Source of the DNA: an uncultured Collinsella sp.
GTDB lineage: Bacteria > Actinomycetota > Coriobacteriia > Coriobacteriales > Coriobacteriaceae
Direction: 5' to 3'
DNA: 64,000 nt
Assembly: GCA_963560155.1 (NCBI GenBank)
Contig: CAUWMY010000004.1
Location: 205 to 64,204, forward strand
Under the pieces are notes generated by a model. It did not search any database. It had not been told where the DNA came from and worked only from the letters and a program-made list of their open reading frames with translations. Made by a program: the position numbers and the translations under genes. This document shows positions 20,153-28,786 of the stretch, one piece after another. Every line of letters starts with the position of its first letter. Within the stretch, counting starts at the first letter, position 1.

Positions 20153-21016
20153 GTGTTCCCGGCCGTACTCGCAGTCACGCAAAGCGCCGTTTCCGCTTCC
20201 ACCATCGCCGCCGAGAGCGTCACCATCCCCCTCGCATTCGAGATGCTCGCCGTCGTCGTGGCAGCCGCAACTGGCGCGCTCACCGCGCGCGAGAACAAAC
20301 TCGACCTCGTCGGTGCGATCGGCCTGGCGGTCCTCGTCTCCCTCGGAGGAGGACTCATCCGTGACGTGATTCTGCAGGAGGGCAACGTCTACATCCTGCA
20401 GCAGGCCCTCGCCCTGCCCGTGTCCATCTTCACCGCCGCCGCCGTCTTCACGTTCCCCGTCATGGTGGAAAAACCCGACCGTCTCGTCGCCGTCCTCGAT
20501 ATCTTCTCCGTCGGCCTATTCGCCGTCATGGGCGCAGACAAGACCATGTTGTACGGGTATCCGGCCATCACCTGCGTGATGATGGGCTTCTTCACCGCGG
20601 TCGGCGGCGGCATGCTGCGCGATGTCTGCCTGGCGCGCGTCCCCTTCATCTTCCAGCGCAGCAACCTCTACGCGATCGCGGCCATCTGCGGTTCGCTCAC
20701 GTACATAACCCTCGTGAAATACCTGGGCGTCTGGAACATCGCCGCCGCGGCGGCGAGCGTCGCGGCGACCATGCTCATCCGGTGGTGGTCCATCCGATAC
20801 AACATCATGAGCCCCACCGAGGTCGACCTGCACAAATTGCCCGAGCCGATGAAGAAGGTCGCCCGCCCCGTGGTGAGGCCGGTACGCAAGGCGGCGCGGC
20901 ACGTGAGCAGCAAGACGACCCAAGCGGCGCAAAGAGCGCGCATGCGCAAACTCGAACGCCAGCATAAGCGCGACCGTCAGAGGGAGGGTCGACGCGGGCG
21001 GAACCGTGCCCGATGA
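20153..21016 (+). CDS. Trimeric intracellular cation channel (TRIC, UPF0126/YadS-like) membrane protein
   Basis: Duplicated motifs SLGGGLIRDVIL and AVGGGMLRDV; RBS GGGAGG before GTG; basic tail. Confidence 0.85.
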   Translation: MFPAVLAVTQSAVSASTIAAESVTIPLAFEMLAVVVAAATGALTARENKLDLVGAIGLAVLVSLGGGLIRDVILQEGNVYILQQALALPVSIFTAAAVFTFPVMVEKPDRLVAVLDIFSVGLFAVMGADKTMLYGYPAITCVMMGFFTAVGGGMLRDVCLARVPFIFQRSNLYAIAAICGSLTYITLVKYLGVWNIAAAAASVAATMLIRWWSIRYNIMSPTEVDLHKLPEPMKKVARPVVRPVRKAARHVSSKTTQAAQRARMRKLERQHKRDRQREGRRGRNRAR

Positions 21017-21660
21017 TGCACAGACGGGGGCGCGCAGACATCGACGGCATTCTCGTACCAGCCGCCATACAACGTAACATCACCGGTGATGGAAGTCTTC
21101 TCGGCATCGAACGGCTTCTTGAGATCCTTATCCAAGAACCAGCCGGCGAAGGTGTAGCCCTCAGTCGTCGGAGTTTCGGGCAGCTTCACGAACGCCCCGT
21201 CCTCCACCTCGACGACGATGGAATCATCACCGCCGACGATCGGGATGAACGTCACCGTATGGATGATTGGTGCGGGAACCTCGTCCTTGACCTACTTTGC
21301 ATACACCGTGGTGTCCGCCTTCACGGCTGCAGTGAAATCGAACTCGGTCTTGAACGATGTTGCCGACAAACGATGAGCCGGGTTTCGTGAGAATCGTGGC
21401 GTACCCGCATCCCGTGAACTCGCTGTTCCTGATCTCGGCCTCGCCCGTGTATTCTTCGGTGTAGAGAGCATTTCCCTGACCGTTGAAGGTGCACCCATCG
21501 ACAATGATGTCGCCCGCCCCCAGATATGCCGCCATACCGCCGCCGGTTACCGTGACGTTGACCAGAGAGCCAGACACCATGCTGAATCCGTTGGCGTTGG
21601 AGGGCTGGCTGATCTTGATGTCCCTGACCGTGATATTTAAAATACCCCCCGACCGATCTT
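20977..21660 (-). pseudogene. Fragment of a surface protein: beta-helix-like piece and InlB B-repeats (Listeria-Bacteroides repeats)
   Basis: DIIVDGCTFNG segment; frame change near 21350; FDFTAAVKADTTVYAK*VKDE with TAG (21292-21294) at the conserved Trp position; then PTTEGYTFAGWFLD...VTLYGGW; no credible start or anchor. Confidence 0.7.
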
Positions 21661-21708
21661 GTCTAGATGGCGCCAGCTCTCCCATCGGCCCCATGTTGCC
21701 CCGTCATG

Positions 21709-21740
21709 AAAAAAACCGCCCGAGACTTCATCTCGGGCGG
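21709..21740 (-). terminator. Intrinsic terminator after purB
   Basis: CCGCCCGAGA-loop-TCTCGGGCGG followed by T7 on the minus strand. Confidence 0.85.
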
Positions 21741-21771
21741 CGCACCGTCAATCACTTGGAAAATACCTGTG

Positions 21772-23121
21772 CTATTTCTCGAAGCTCAGCTGCTCAAGGC
21801 GATCGAACAGGGCATCGCGGCGGGTGAGGAAGTCCCAGGGGTCGAAGATCTCATCGAGCTTCTCGGCGGGAACCGTGCACTCGGGATCGGCCTCAAGGCG
21901 GGCGCGCAGGTCGGGGCCATCCACGGCGGCGTGGACGTCATCCCACACGGCCATGGAGTTGCGCTGGACGATCTTGTAGGCATCCTCGCGCGAGATCCCC
22001 GTGTCGACCAGGGCGAGCAGCACCTTGGAGGAGTAGATCAGGCCACGCGTCAGATCGAGGTTGGCCTTCATGCGCGCGGGATACAGAATCAGGCCGTCCA
22101 CAATGCGAATGAGACAGGTGAGCATGTGGTCGAGCGCCATGAAGCTGTCCGCCTGGGCCACGCGCTCGGCGGAGCTGTGGGAGATGTCGCGCTCATGCCA
22201 CAGGGCGACGTTATCGAACGCGACCTGGGCGTTGGCCTTCACGACGCGGGAGAGGCCGCACACCTTCTCGAGCGTGATGGGGTTGCGCTTGTGCGGCATG
22301 GCCGAGCTGCCCTTCTGCCCCTTGCGGAACGGCTCCTCGACCTCGAGGGTATCGGTCTTCTGAAGGCTGCGGATCTCGGTCGCGATGCGGTCGCAGGTCG
22401 CGGCGGTAGTGGCGAGTACGCCGGCCAGATACGCATGGTGGTCGCGCGAGATGACCTGGGTGGACAATGGATCATGCGCAAGGCCGAGGCGCTCGCAGAC
22501 GTACTCCTCGACGAACGGGTCGATGGAGCTGTACGTGCCCACCGCGCCGGAAATGGCTCCGAAGGCGACATTCGCGCGCGCATCGATGAGGCGGTCGAGA
22601 TCGCGCTTGAGCTCCCAGGCCCAGCTGCCGAATTTCATGCCGAATGTCATAGGCTCGGCATGGATGCCGTGGGTGCGGCCGACGCACAGGGTGTCGCGTT
22701 CCTCAAAGGCGCGACGGCGGCAGATCTCACCGAGCTTGCGCACGTCCTCGATGATGAGGTCGCAGGCTTGGGTGAGCATGTAGCACAAGGCGGTGTCGCC
22801 CAGGTCGGAGCTGGTCATGCCGTAGTGGACCCAGCGGCTCGGCTTTGGCTGCCCTTCCGGCACGTCGGCGTCGATATGCTCTCCCATGTTGGTGAGGAAG
22901 GCGATGACGTCGTGATGGGTCACGGCCTCGATGGCGTCGACCTCCGCCCTGTCGAACGCCGCGTGCTCGCGGATGTAGGCGGCATCCTCCTTGGTGATGC
23001 CACACTGGCCGAGCTCGGCTTGAGCCTCGCAGGCGAGCACCTCGATCTCCTGCCAAACGGCGTACTTGTTCTCGAGCGAGAAGATATGGGCCATCTCCGG
23101 GCGAGCATAGCGATCGATCAT
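21772..23121 (-). CDS. purB: Adenylosuccinate lyase
   Basis: MIDRY, HDV, TSSD, GRTHG, GSSAMPHKRNP, WHERDISHS; RBS AAAGGAG before ATG 23121. Confidence 0.97.
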   Translation of the reverse strand: MIDRYARPEMAHIFSLENKYAVWQEIEVLACEAQAELGQCGITKEDAAYIREHAAFDRAEVDAIEAVTHHDVIAFLTNMGEHIDADVPEGQPKPSRWVHYGMTSSDLGDTALCYMLTQACDLIIEDVRKLGEICRRRAFEERDTLCVGRTHGIHAEPMTFGMKFGSWAWELKRDLDRLIDARANVAFGAISGAVGTYSSIDPFVEEYVCERLGLAHDPLSTQVISRDHHAYLAGVLATTAATCDRIATEIRSLQKTDTLEVEEPFRKGQKGSSAMPHKRNPITLEKVCGLSRVVKANAQVAFDNVALWHERDISHSSAERVAQADSFMALDHMLTCLIRIVDGLILYPARMKANLDLTRGLIYSSKVLLALVDTGISREDAYKIVQRNSMAVWDDVHAAVDGPDLRARLEADPECTVPAEKLDEIFDPWDFLTRRDALFDRLEQLSFEK

Positions 23122-23186
23122 GACGAAGGCTCCTTTCACGAAAAGAGCCCGACACCTCAACGGTACCGGGCTCCCATAGCTCTCAA

Positions 23187-23261
23187 TGGAGCGGGTAACG
23201 GGACTCGAACCCGCGAATGTCAGCTTGGGAAGCTGATGCCTTACCACTTGGCGATACCCGC
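23187..23261 (-). tRNA. tRNA-Gly(CCC)
   Basis: GCGGGTATCGCCAAGTGGTAAGGCA-TCAGC-TT-CCC-AA-GCTGA...GGTTCGAGTCC...CCA. Confidence 0.97.
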
Positions 23262-23546
23262 GTTCGTTAAATCCTACCACGTGGACTCACATGCAGGCAA
23301 CCGACGTCTTTGCGGTCTTTCGTTGAAGCAATGTGACCAAAGACGGAGAAAACATGATGATCCTATTTCGATATGCGCCCATGAGCTGCACCTTTAACGC
23401 GCTGGCAAGAACCGTTCAGCTTCTCGACCATCTGAAGACAGAGCAGCCGGGACGGCCTCGGGAAAGCCGGTCGTAGCATCGCCCCACGGGCAACGCACCA
23501 CATACACAACCGCCCGCGTTCAGCCACGAGACCACGGGAGGCCCAG

Positions 23547-26500
23547 ATGATCGACAAGAGGAAGAGAAAACTTTGCGGGAACATCGGAGGTGGGTTCGCC
23601 AGACGCACGCCTCCAGAGGAGACCGGGGAGCTCGGCGCTCGTCGGGCACGGCGCCTCCCATGGTCGGGCGATCCGGTGCCCAACATCCCCCTCGACGCCA
23701 AGGCCCGCGCGCTCATCATCGTCTTACTGCTTGCGATGACGCTCTGCGGTGTTTCGGGTCTCGTGGGCTCTCGTGCATCCACCGCGTTCGCCGCGGAAGG
23801 GTATACCCACACGTTCCCAAACGGAAACTCGGTCCAAGTGCACTCGGATGGCGCGGTCACGGGGACGTGCGTGATGACGAACAACGCCACGGTGAACGGG
23901 GTGTTCGGCGGGACCGTCACCATGCCCGACGGAAGCTCATATCATGCGGCATGCTACGAGCGCTACCTCGGCGTCCCCAATTTCAAGTACTACCCCGGCC
24001 CTTGTGATGGGACTTACCCCTTCAGGGCCACACGCAACGAAGACGGCACCTATTTCGTCGTGATCCAGAGCCAGGATGCCGATCACGGAGCCCCAGGCGC
24101 CGGAGAATCCGACAAATACCCATATCAGCGCTGCTATACCAAGGAGTGGGCCCTCGTCCTCGACATCGAGGTCTCCTTCCTCAAGAGGTCGGCCGACATC
24201 TCCATCACCGAGGGCAATTCGGAATACTCGCTGGCGGGGGCGTCCTTCGACATCTACGACGCCGCCACCGACACGAAGGTCTCAACCATCACCATGGATG
24301 AGACGGGACGGGCGAGCTGCCGTCTCGCGCCGAACAGAAAGTACTACGCGATCGAGACGAAGGCCCCGGCGGGATACATCCTCCATCATGGGCGCATCCC
24401 CTTTTCGATAGGAACCCAGGCAAGCGAGATTCCCTTCGACAATCGACCCGGCAGTGTGTCCCTCACCTTGCGCAAGCGCGACGCGGCGACAGGAGGGGGT
24501 CCGCAGGCGGGCCTGACTCTGAAGGGAGCGAAGTACGAGATATCCTCCCTCTCGACCCCGGGCTGGAAGACGACGGCGACCACCGATGAGCGCGGCATCG
24601 CGACGGCAGGGGGCGTCCCCCTGGGCCGGATCGCGGTGACCGAAGTTGAAGCGCCCGCGGGATACAAGATCGACTCGACCGTGCACGTCTATGAAGTGAA
24701 CGGCGGGCAACTGGGCGACGCGGGGACGTTCGAGTTGAACCCGCAAGACGGCTACGCCGAGATCCCCTGCGCATTCGACATCGAACTCGTCAAATACCTC
24801 GAAAGCGGTGGCGACTCATCCGGGCTGCAGAACCCGGGAGCTGGGGTTCGATTCTCCATCATCTCGAATTCGACGGGCAAGGCCATCGGGACGATCCAGA
24901 CAGACGAACACGGACGGGCATCCACCGCGGGAATGTGGTTCGGCGAGGGGAAGCGCGTCGACGGGGTTCGCGGGGCGATCCCCCACGACGCAAAGGGCTA
25001 CACCGTTCGCGAGGACCCAGACAGCACGCCCGAGGGATATCAGCCCTGCCCTGAGTGGACCATAGGGACCGAGCAGATGGTGGATGGCGCGACACTGCAC
25101 TACATCGTCGACAACGACTTCATCGGCTCGCGCATTCAGATCATCAAGCACGATGCCGCGAGCGGAAGGCCCGTGCCCCTCGCCGGATTCTCGTTTCAGG
25201 TTCTCGACGAGGAGAAGCGCCCCGTGACACAAGAGGCCTGGCATCCCAACCACGTCGTCCTTGACGAGTTCACGACGGATGAGACGGGCAGCGTCACCCT
25301 TCCGGAGATCCTCAAACCCGGAACGTACTACATACGGGAGACGAGCGCGGTGCCCCCCTATCTCATCAATGGGGATGACATCGAGTTCAAGATCGCCGAT
25401 GCGTCCACGACGGAACCCATCACGGTCGCGCGCATCGCAGATGACCGCGCAAGGGGCACCGCGACGATCATCAAGCGATGCTCTGAGGATGATTGCCCGT
25501 GGGGCGATGAGGATGGAAGGCTGAAGGGGGCCGTGTTCAACGTCATCGCCTTGGAAGACATCTTGAGCCCCGACGGTACCGTCGAAGCGGTGAAGGACGA
25601 AGTCGTAGGCACGGTCACGACGGGAGATGACGGCACCGGCCGAATCGACGGCTTGCCCTTGGGCGGCGGGAGCGCGCGGTACGCTTTCGTGGAGACATCC
25701 CCCGCGGCGGGTCATCTACTCGACCCCGCCCCGATTCCCTTCACGCTGACTTGGGAGGATGCCGGGACGGCGACGGTCCACGCGAGCGTCGAGACCGACA
25801 ACGCGCCTACGGAGGTCGTCGTCGATAAAACCGACGCATCGACGAATAAGCCGCTGGAGGGAGCGATATTTGACGTCTGGCCGCGCCAGCTGGAGCACGC
25901 CCCCATCGATTCAACCGATGGCCTGGGAACCCTGCTCATCACCAATCGATCTGGCAAGCGAAACTGGGATGGGGTGGACATCTCGCTCACAGAAGGGTCG
26001 AGTGAAACCGGTGAGAAGGACCAGCCCACACGATACACGGCAAGGGACTTCGCGCTCGACGGGGATGTGGCGATGCTCACGGGAATAGAGGCCGGCGAAT
26101 ACGTGCTCGCCATCCCCCAAAACGATCGCAAGGCGAAGACCCCCACCTTGCACGTCACCGTCGCTCCCGGTGAATGCGTCCACGCGCAATGGCGTGATGA
26201 GGGTCTTCTCCTCGTCGGACACACGTTGGCGCCCGGGTATCAAAGGGTGATCGACTCGGCGCTCGCGCGCCTCGACATCTCCACCATCAGCGACGATCAG
26301 GGCCATATGCGACTCGCGCACCTCCCTGCAACGGTTGGCGAGCTATCCCGCCTCATCAAAATAGACGAGGGCTCGGATCGGAAGCCCGAGAAGCCCGTTG
26401 AAGGCGAGGGCACGCCGGATGTCAGCGAGGATACGCCACTGACCTGGCGCATTCAGGAAACCGAGGCGCCGGCCGGATATGTTGCAGACCCGACTGTCCA

Positions 26501-27854
26501 CGACCTCGACATTCAGACGAAGAAGGACGGACAAGACGATTCCTCCCAACGCGTGTCGATTGAGAACGATTTCACGAAAGTGGAGATAGCGAAGCGCTCA
26601 ACCGCGAACGAAGAGCCTCTCGAGGGGGCGAAGCTCGAGCTGGCTGACGCCGAGGGAAACATAGTCGACCGATGGACGAGCTCGAGCGAACCGCACCGAA
26701 TCGATCGGATCGCACCCGGATCCTACGTATTGACGGAAATCGCCCCTCCTCAAACCCATGATCAGGCCGAACGGCTATCCATCGACGTGAAACCGACCAC
26801 CGCCGTGCAGACGTTCGCCATGTATGACGAGGAGCTTTCCATTGAAGGAGGCATCGACAAGCGGCAGGAGATAGTCGAACCGACCGCATCGGGCACCCGA
26901 GCCAACGGAGACGGACTCAACCGAGTCGAGCCGACGATAGGCGACGATGGGTGTTTCTCATATTCGTTGGACTATCGAAACGAAAGCTCATCATGGGTGG
27001 ATGAATTCACAGTCGACGATCATCTGTCCGCCGTGGAGGCCGGAATGGCGGAACTCACCAGCGTCACGACCGGGCGGGCGCACGGCGACCTCGACGGGAG
27101 GCTCAACCTCTGGTATCGGACGAACCTCGATGAAGGGAACGCGGATGAGCATGCGGATGCCAACGCGACGATATCCGACGGGCATGAGAACCCTTGGCTT
27201 GGAGACCCCGCCATCATCGAGGCGATCGGGAATGACGGCAGGGTTCTGGACTACGAGGGCTGGAGGCTCTGGGCTTCGGATGTCCCCGCCGAAGAAATCA
27301 CCACCTTCGACGTCGCCGATCTCGACCTTGCGCCCGACGAGCGCGTCACCGCGATTCGCCTGGAGTACGGAAGCGTGTCGAAAGACTTCACGACGAGACA
27401 CGGCGAATGGGACGACGCGAGGGTCAAGGACCTCCACGACGATTGGAACCCATTGCCGCTCGTCCATCCAAAACCGGGCGTCGATGAACCCGACGCCGCC
27501 CCGACCGTGCTGAACATGAAGGTGCTCGAGACATATCAGGGAGGCTGTTCGATAGACAACCACGCAAGCGTCTCGCTATACCGAAACGGAGGAGGCGATA
27601 GCCTTGAGGCACACGACGAGGACATGGTGCACCAAGAGGCAGCGAGACCCGCGATGCCATTCCTCGATCAAACCGGGTCAAACCCCTTTGTTCGAAGCGC
27701 CATCGCGCTCGTCATCTTGGCAGGAGCGACGACCGGATTCCTCAAAGTCAGAAATGGCAAGAAAGGAACTGTCCCGAAGGGCGCTGTTGGGCTGCGCGGT
27801 CGCATCGGGAGCGGGCGCGGCGCTTTCGGCGGTCGAGGCCGCATGGCTCAATGA
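23547..27854 (+). CDS. Large cell-wall-anchored adhesin/pilin-related protein with SpaA (Cna-B/prealbumin-like) repeats
   Basis: RBS GGGAGG; signal ending STAFA-A; repeated K..D...L.GA.F..Y and E..AP.GY units; LDQTG sorting motif, TM helix and basic tail. Confidence 0.85.
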   Translation: MIDKRKRKLCGNIGGGFARRTPPEETGELGARRARRLPWSGDPVPNIPLDAKARALIIVLLLAMTLCGVSGLVGSRASTAFAAEGYTHTFPNGNSVQVHSDGAVTGTCVMTNNATVNGVFGGTVTMPDGSSYHAACYERYLGVPNFKYYPGPCDGTYPFRATRNEDGTYFVVIQSQDADHGAPGAGESDKYPYQRCYTKEWALVLDIEVSFLKRSADISITEGNSEYSLAGASFDIYDAATDTKVSTITMDETGRASCRLAPNRKYYAIETKAPAGYILHHGRIPFSIGTQASEIPFDNRPGSVSLTLRKRDAATGGGPQAGLTLKGAKYEISSLSTPGWKTTATTDERGIATAGGVPLGRIAVTEVEAPAGYKIDSTVHVYEVNGGQLGDAGTFELNPQDGYAEIPCAFDIELVKYLESGGDSSGLQNPGAGVRFSIISNSTGKAIGTIQTDEHGRASTAGMWFGEGKRVDGVRGAIPHDAKGYTVREDPDSTPEGYQPCPEWTIGTEQMVDGATLHYIVDNDFIGSRIQIIKHDAASGRPVPLAGFSFQVLDEEKRPVTQEAWHPNHVVLDEFTTDETGSVTLPEILKPGTYYIRETSAVPPYLINGDDIEFKIADASTTEPITVARIADDRARGTATIIKRCSEDDCPWGDEDGRLKGAVFNVIALEDILSPDGTVEAVKDEVVGTVTTGDDGTGRIDGLPLGGGSARYAFVETSPAAGHLLDPAPIPFTLTWEDAGTATVHASVETDNAPTEVVVDKTDASTNKPLEGAIFDVWPRQLEHAPIDSTDGLGTLLITNRSGKRNWDGVDISLTEGSSETGEKDQPTRYTARDFALDGDVAMLTGIEAGEYVLAIPQNDRKAKTPTLHVTVAPGECVHAQWRDEGLLLVGHTLAPGYQRVIDSALARLDISTISDDQGHMRLAHLPATVGELSRLIKIDEGSDRKPEKPVEGEGTPDVSEDTPLTWRIQETEAPAGYVADPTVHDLDIQTKKDGQDDSSQRVSIENDFTKVEIAKRSTANEEPLEGAKLELADAEGNIVDRWTSSSEPHRIDRIAPGSYVLTEIAPPQTHDQAERLSIDVKPTTAVQTFAMYDEELSIEGGIDKRQEIVEPTASGTRANGDGLNRVEPTIGDDGCFSYSLDYRNESSSWVDEFTVDDHLSAVEAGMAELTSVTTGRAHGDLDGRLNLWYRTNLDEGNADEHADANATISDGHENPWLGDPAIIEAIGNDGRVLDYEGWRLWASDVPAEEITTFDVADLDLAPDERVTAIRLEYGSVSKDFTTRHGEWDDARVKDLHDDWNPLPLVHPKPGVDEPDAAPTVLNMKVLETYQGGCSIDNHASVSLYRNGGGDSLEAHDEDMVHQEAARPAMPFLDQTGSNPFVRSAIALVILAGATTGFLKVRNGKKGTVPKGAVGLRGRIGSGRGAFGGRGRMAQ

Positions 27855-28494
27855 CCGCAAGTACGGAAGACTCGCGGAGGAATCGACCTGCGACGCTCAG
27901 GGAAGCGCGGTGGATGAGCTCGATTGGGAATACCTGAGGCGGATCAATCCCGATGCCGCCGCATGGTTGCGCGTGAAGGGAACCGATATAGACACCCCGG
28001 TCGCGCGCCCCTCGAGGGACAAACCACGCGGCTGGTATCTTCGACATGACTTCTGGGGCGCCCTCAACGAGCTGGGCTGCCCGTATGTCGATGACAGATG
28101 CGCCGAGACGGGGCTCCACACCCTCGTCTACGGACATCGCGTCAGCCGCGACGGACAGATGTTCACCGAGCTGGCAATGGCCCACCGACAGGAAAAGTTC
28201 GCCCGACTCGGAGCCGCGTCGTGGCAGACCCCGGCGGAAAGCCTGACTCTGGAACCACTCCTCGCAATGAAGGTCGATAAGACGGAGGGAGAAATCCAGC
28301 GATTCGACTTCGTCTCCCATGTCGCATTCGGTGAATGGATCGAAGACCTTCTCGAAAGAGCGGGCGCGGTGAGCGCGGATGCGCAAGGCCTCGCCTCACG
28401 GGCCCATCGGGCGCTCACGCTGGTGACATGCTCCAACCCAAAGGCGGGGCAAAGGGATCGCACGCTGGTCGTCTTCGTGGCGCCGCCATCCTGA
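27754..28494 (+). CDS. srtB: Class B-like sortase with a twin-arginine-like N-terminus
   Basis: LDW..L..INPD...WL...GT.ID, YLRHDF, VYGH, TLVTC...R catalytic motifs; start taken as ATG 27754, overlapping the adhesin by 101 nt. Confidence 0.82.
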   Translation: MARKELSRRALLGCAVASGAGAALSAVEAAWLNDRKYGRLAEESTCDAQGSAVDELDWEYLRRINPDAAAWLRVKGTDIDTPVARPSRDKPRGWYLRHDFWGALNELGCPYVDDRCAETGLHTLVYGHRVSRDGQMFTELAMAHRQEKFARLGAASWQTPAESLTLEPLLAMKVDKTEGEIQRFDFVSHVAFGEWIEDLLERAGAVSADAQGLASRAHRALTLVTCSNPKAGQRDRTLVVFVAPPS

Positions 28495-28512
28495 CACGCG
28501 CCTCCAACAACA

Positions 28513-28543
28513 ATGCACCCCGAGACCTTCTCTCGGGGTGCAT
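28513..28543. terminator. Hairpin between convergent genes
   Basis: ATGCACCCCGAGA-CCTTC-TCTCGGGGTGCAT, 13-bp perfect stem. Confidence 0.7.
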
Positions 28544-28547
28544 ACTC

Positions 28548-28760
28548 TCACTCTTCGTCAGATGAAGCACCGTTGACGTCTATGTCAAGCTCATCCATCT
28601 CCTCGCCTCGCCGCTCCTCGGCCTCGACGCGCTCGACACGGACGCTCGCGGGCGTCGACCACTTGTTCCCCAGATAGAAGGACAGTCCCAAACCGAGCAG
28701 CGCGGCGACGGTGGCGCCGATGAGATACTGGACCCAATGCTCCTTTATGAACTCAAGCAC
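28548..28760 (-). CDS. Small hypothetical membrane protein
   Basis: 70 aa, one TM helix, acidic tail; follows the M28-like gene on the same strand. Confidence 0.65.
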   Translation of the reverse strand: MLEFIKEHWVQYLIGATVAALLGLGLSFYLGNKWSTPASVRVERVEAEERRGEEMDELDIDVNGASSDEE

Positions 28761-28786
28761 GTCTCCCCCTCATTCCCTTGACGGAA

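Noticed and set aside
19778-23261. Prophage or ICE integrated at tRNA-Ser or tRNA-Gly
   Set aside because: No integrase, no duplicated tRNA 3' end and no phage or conjugation genes seen
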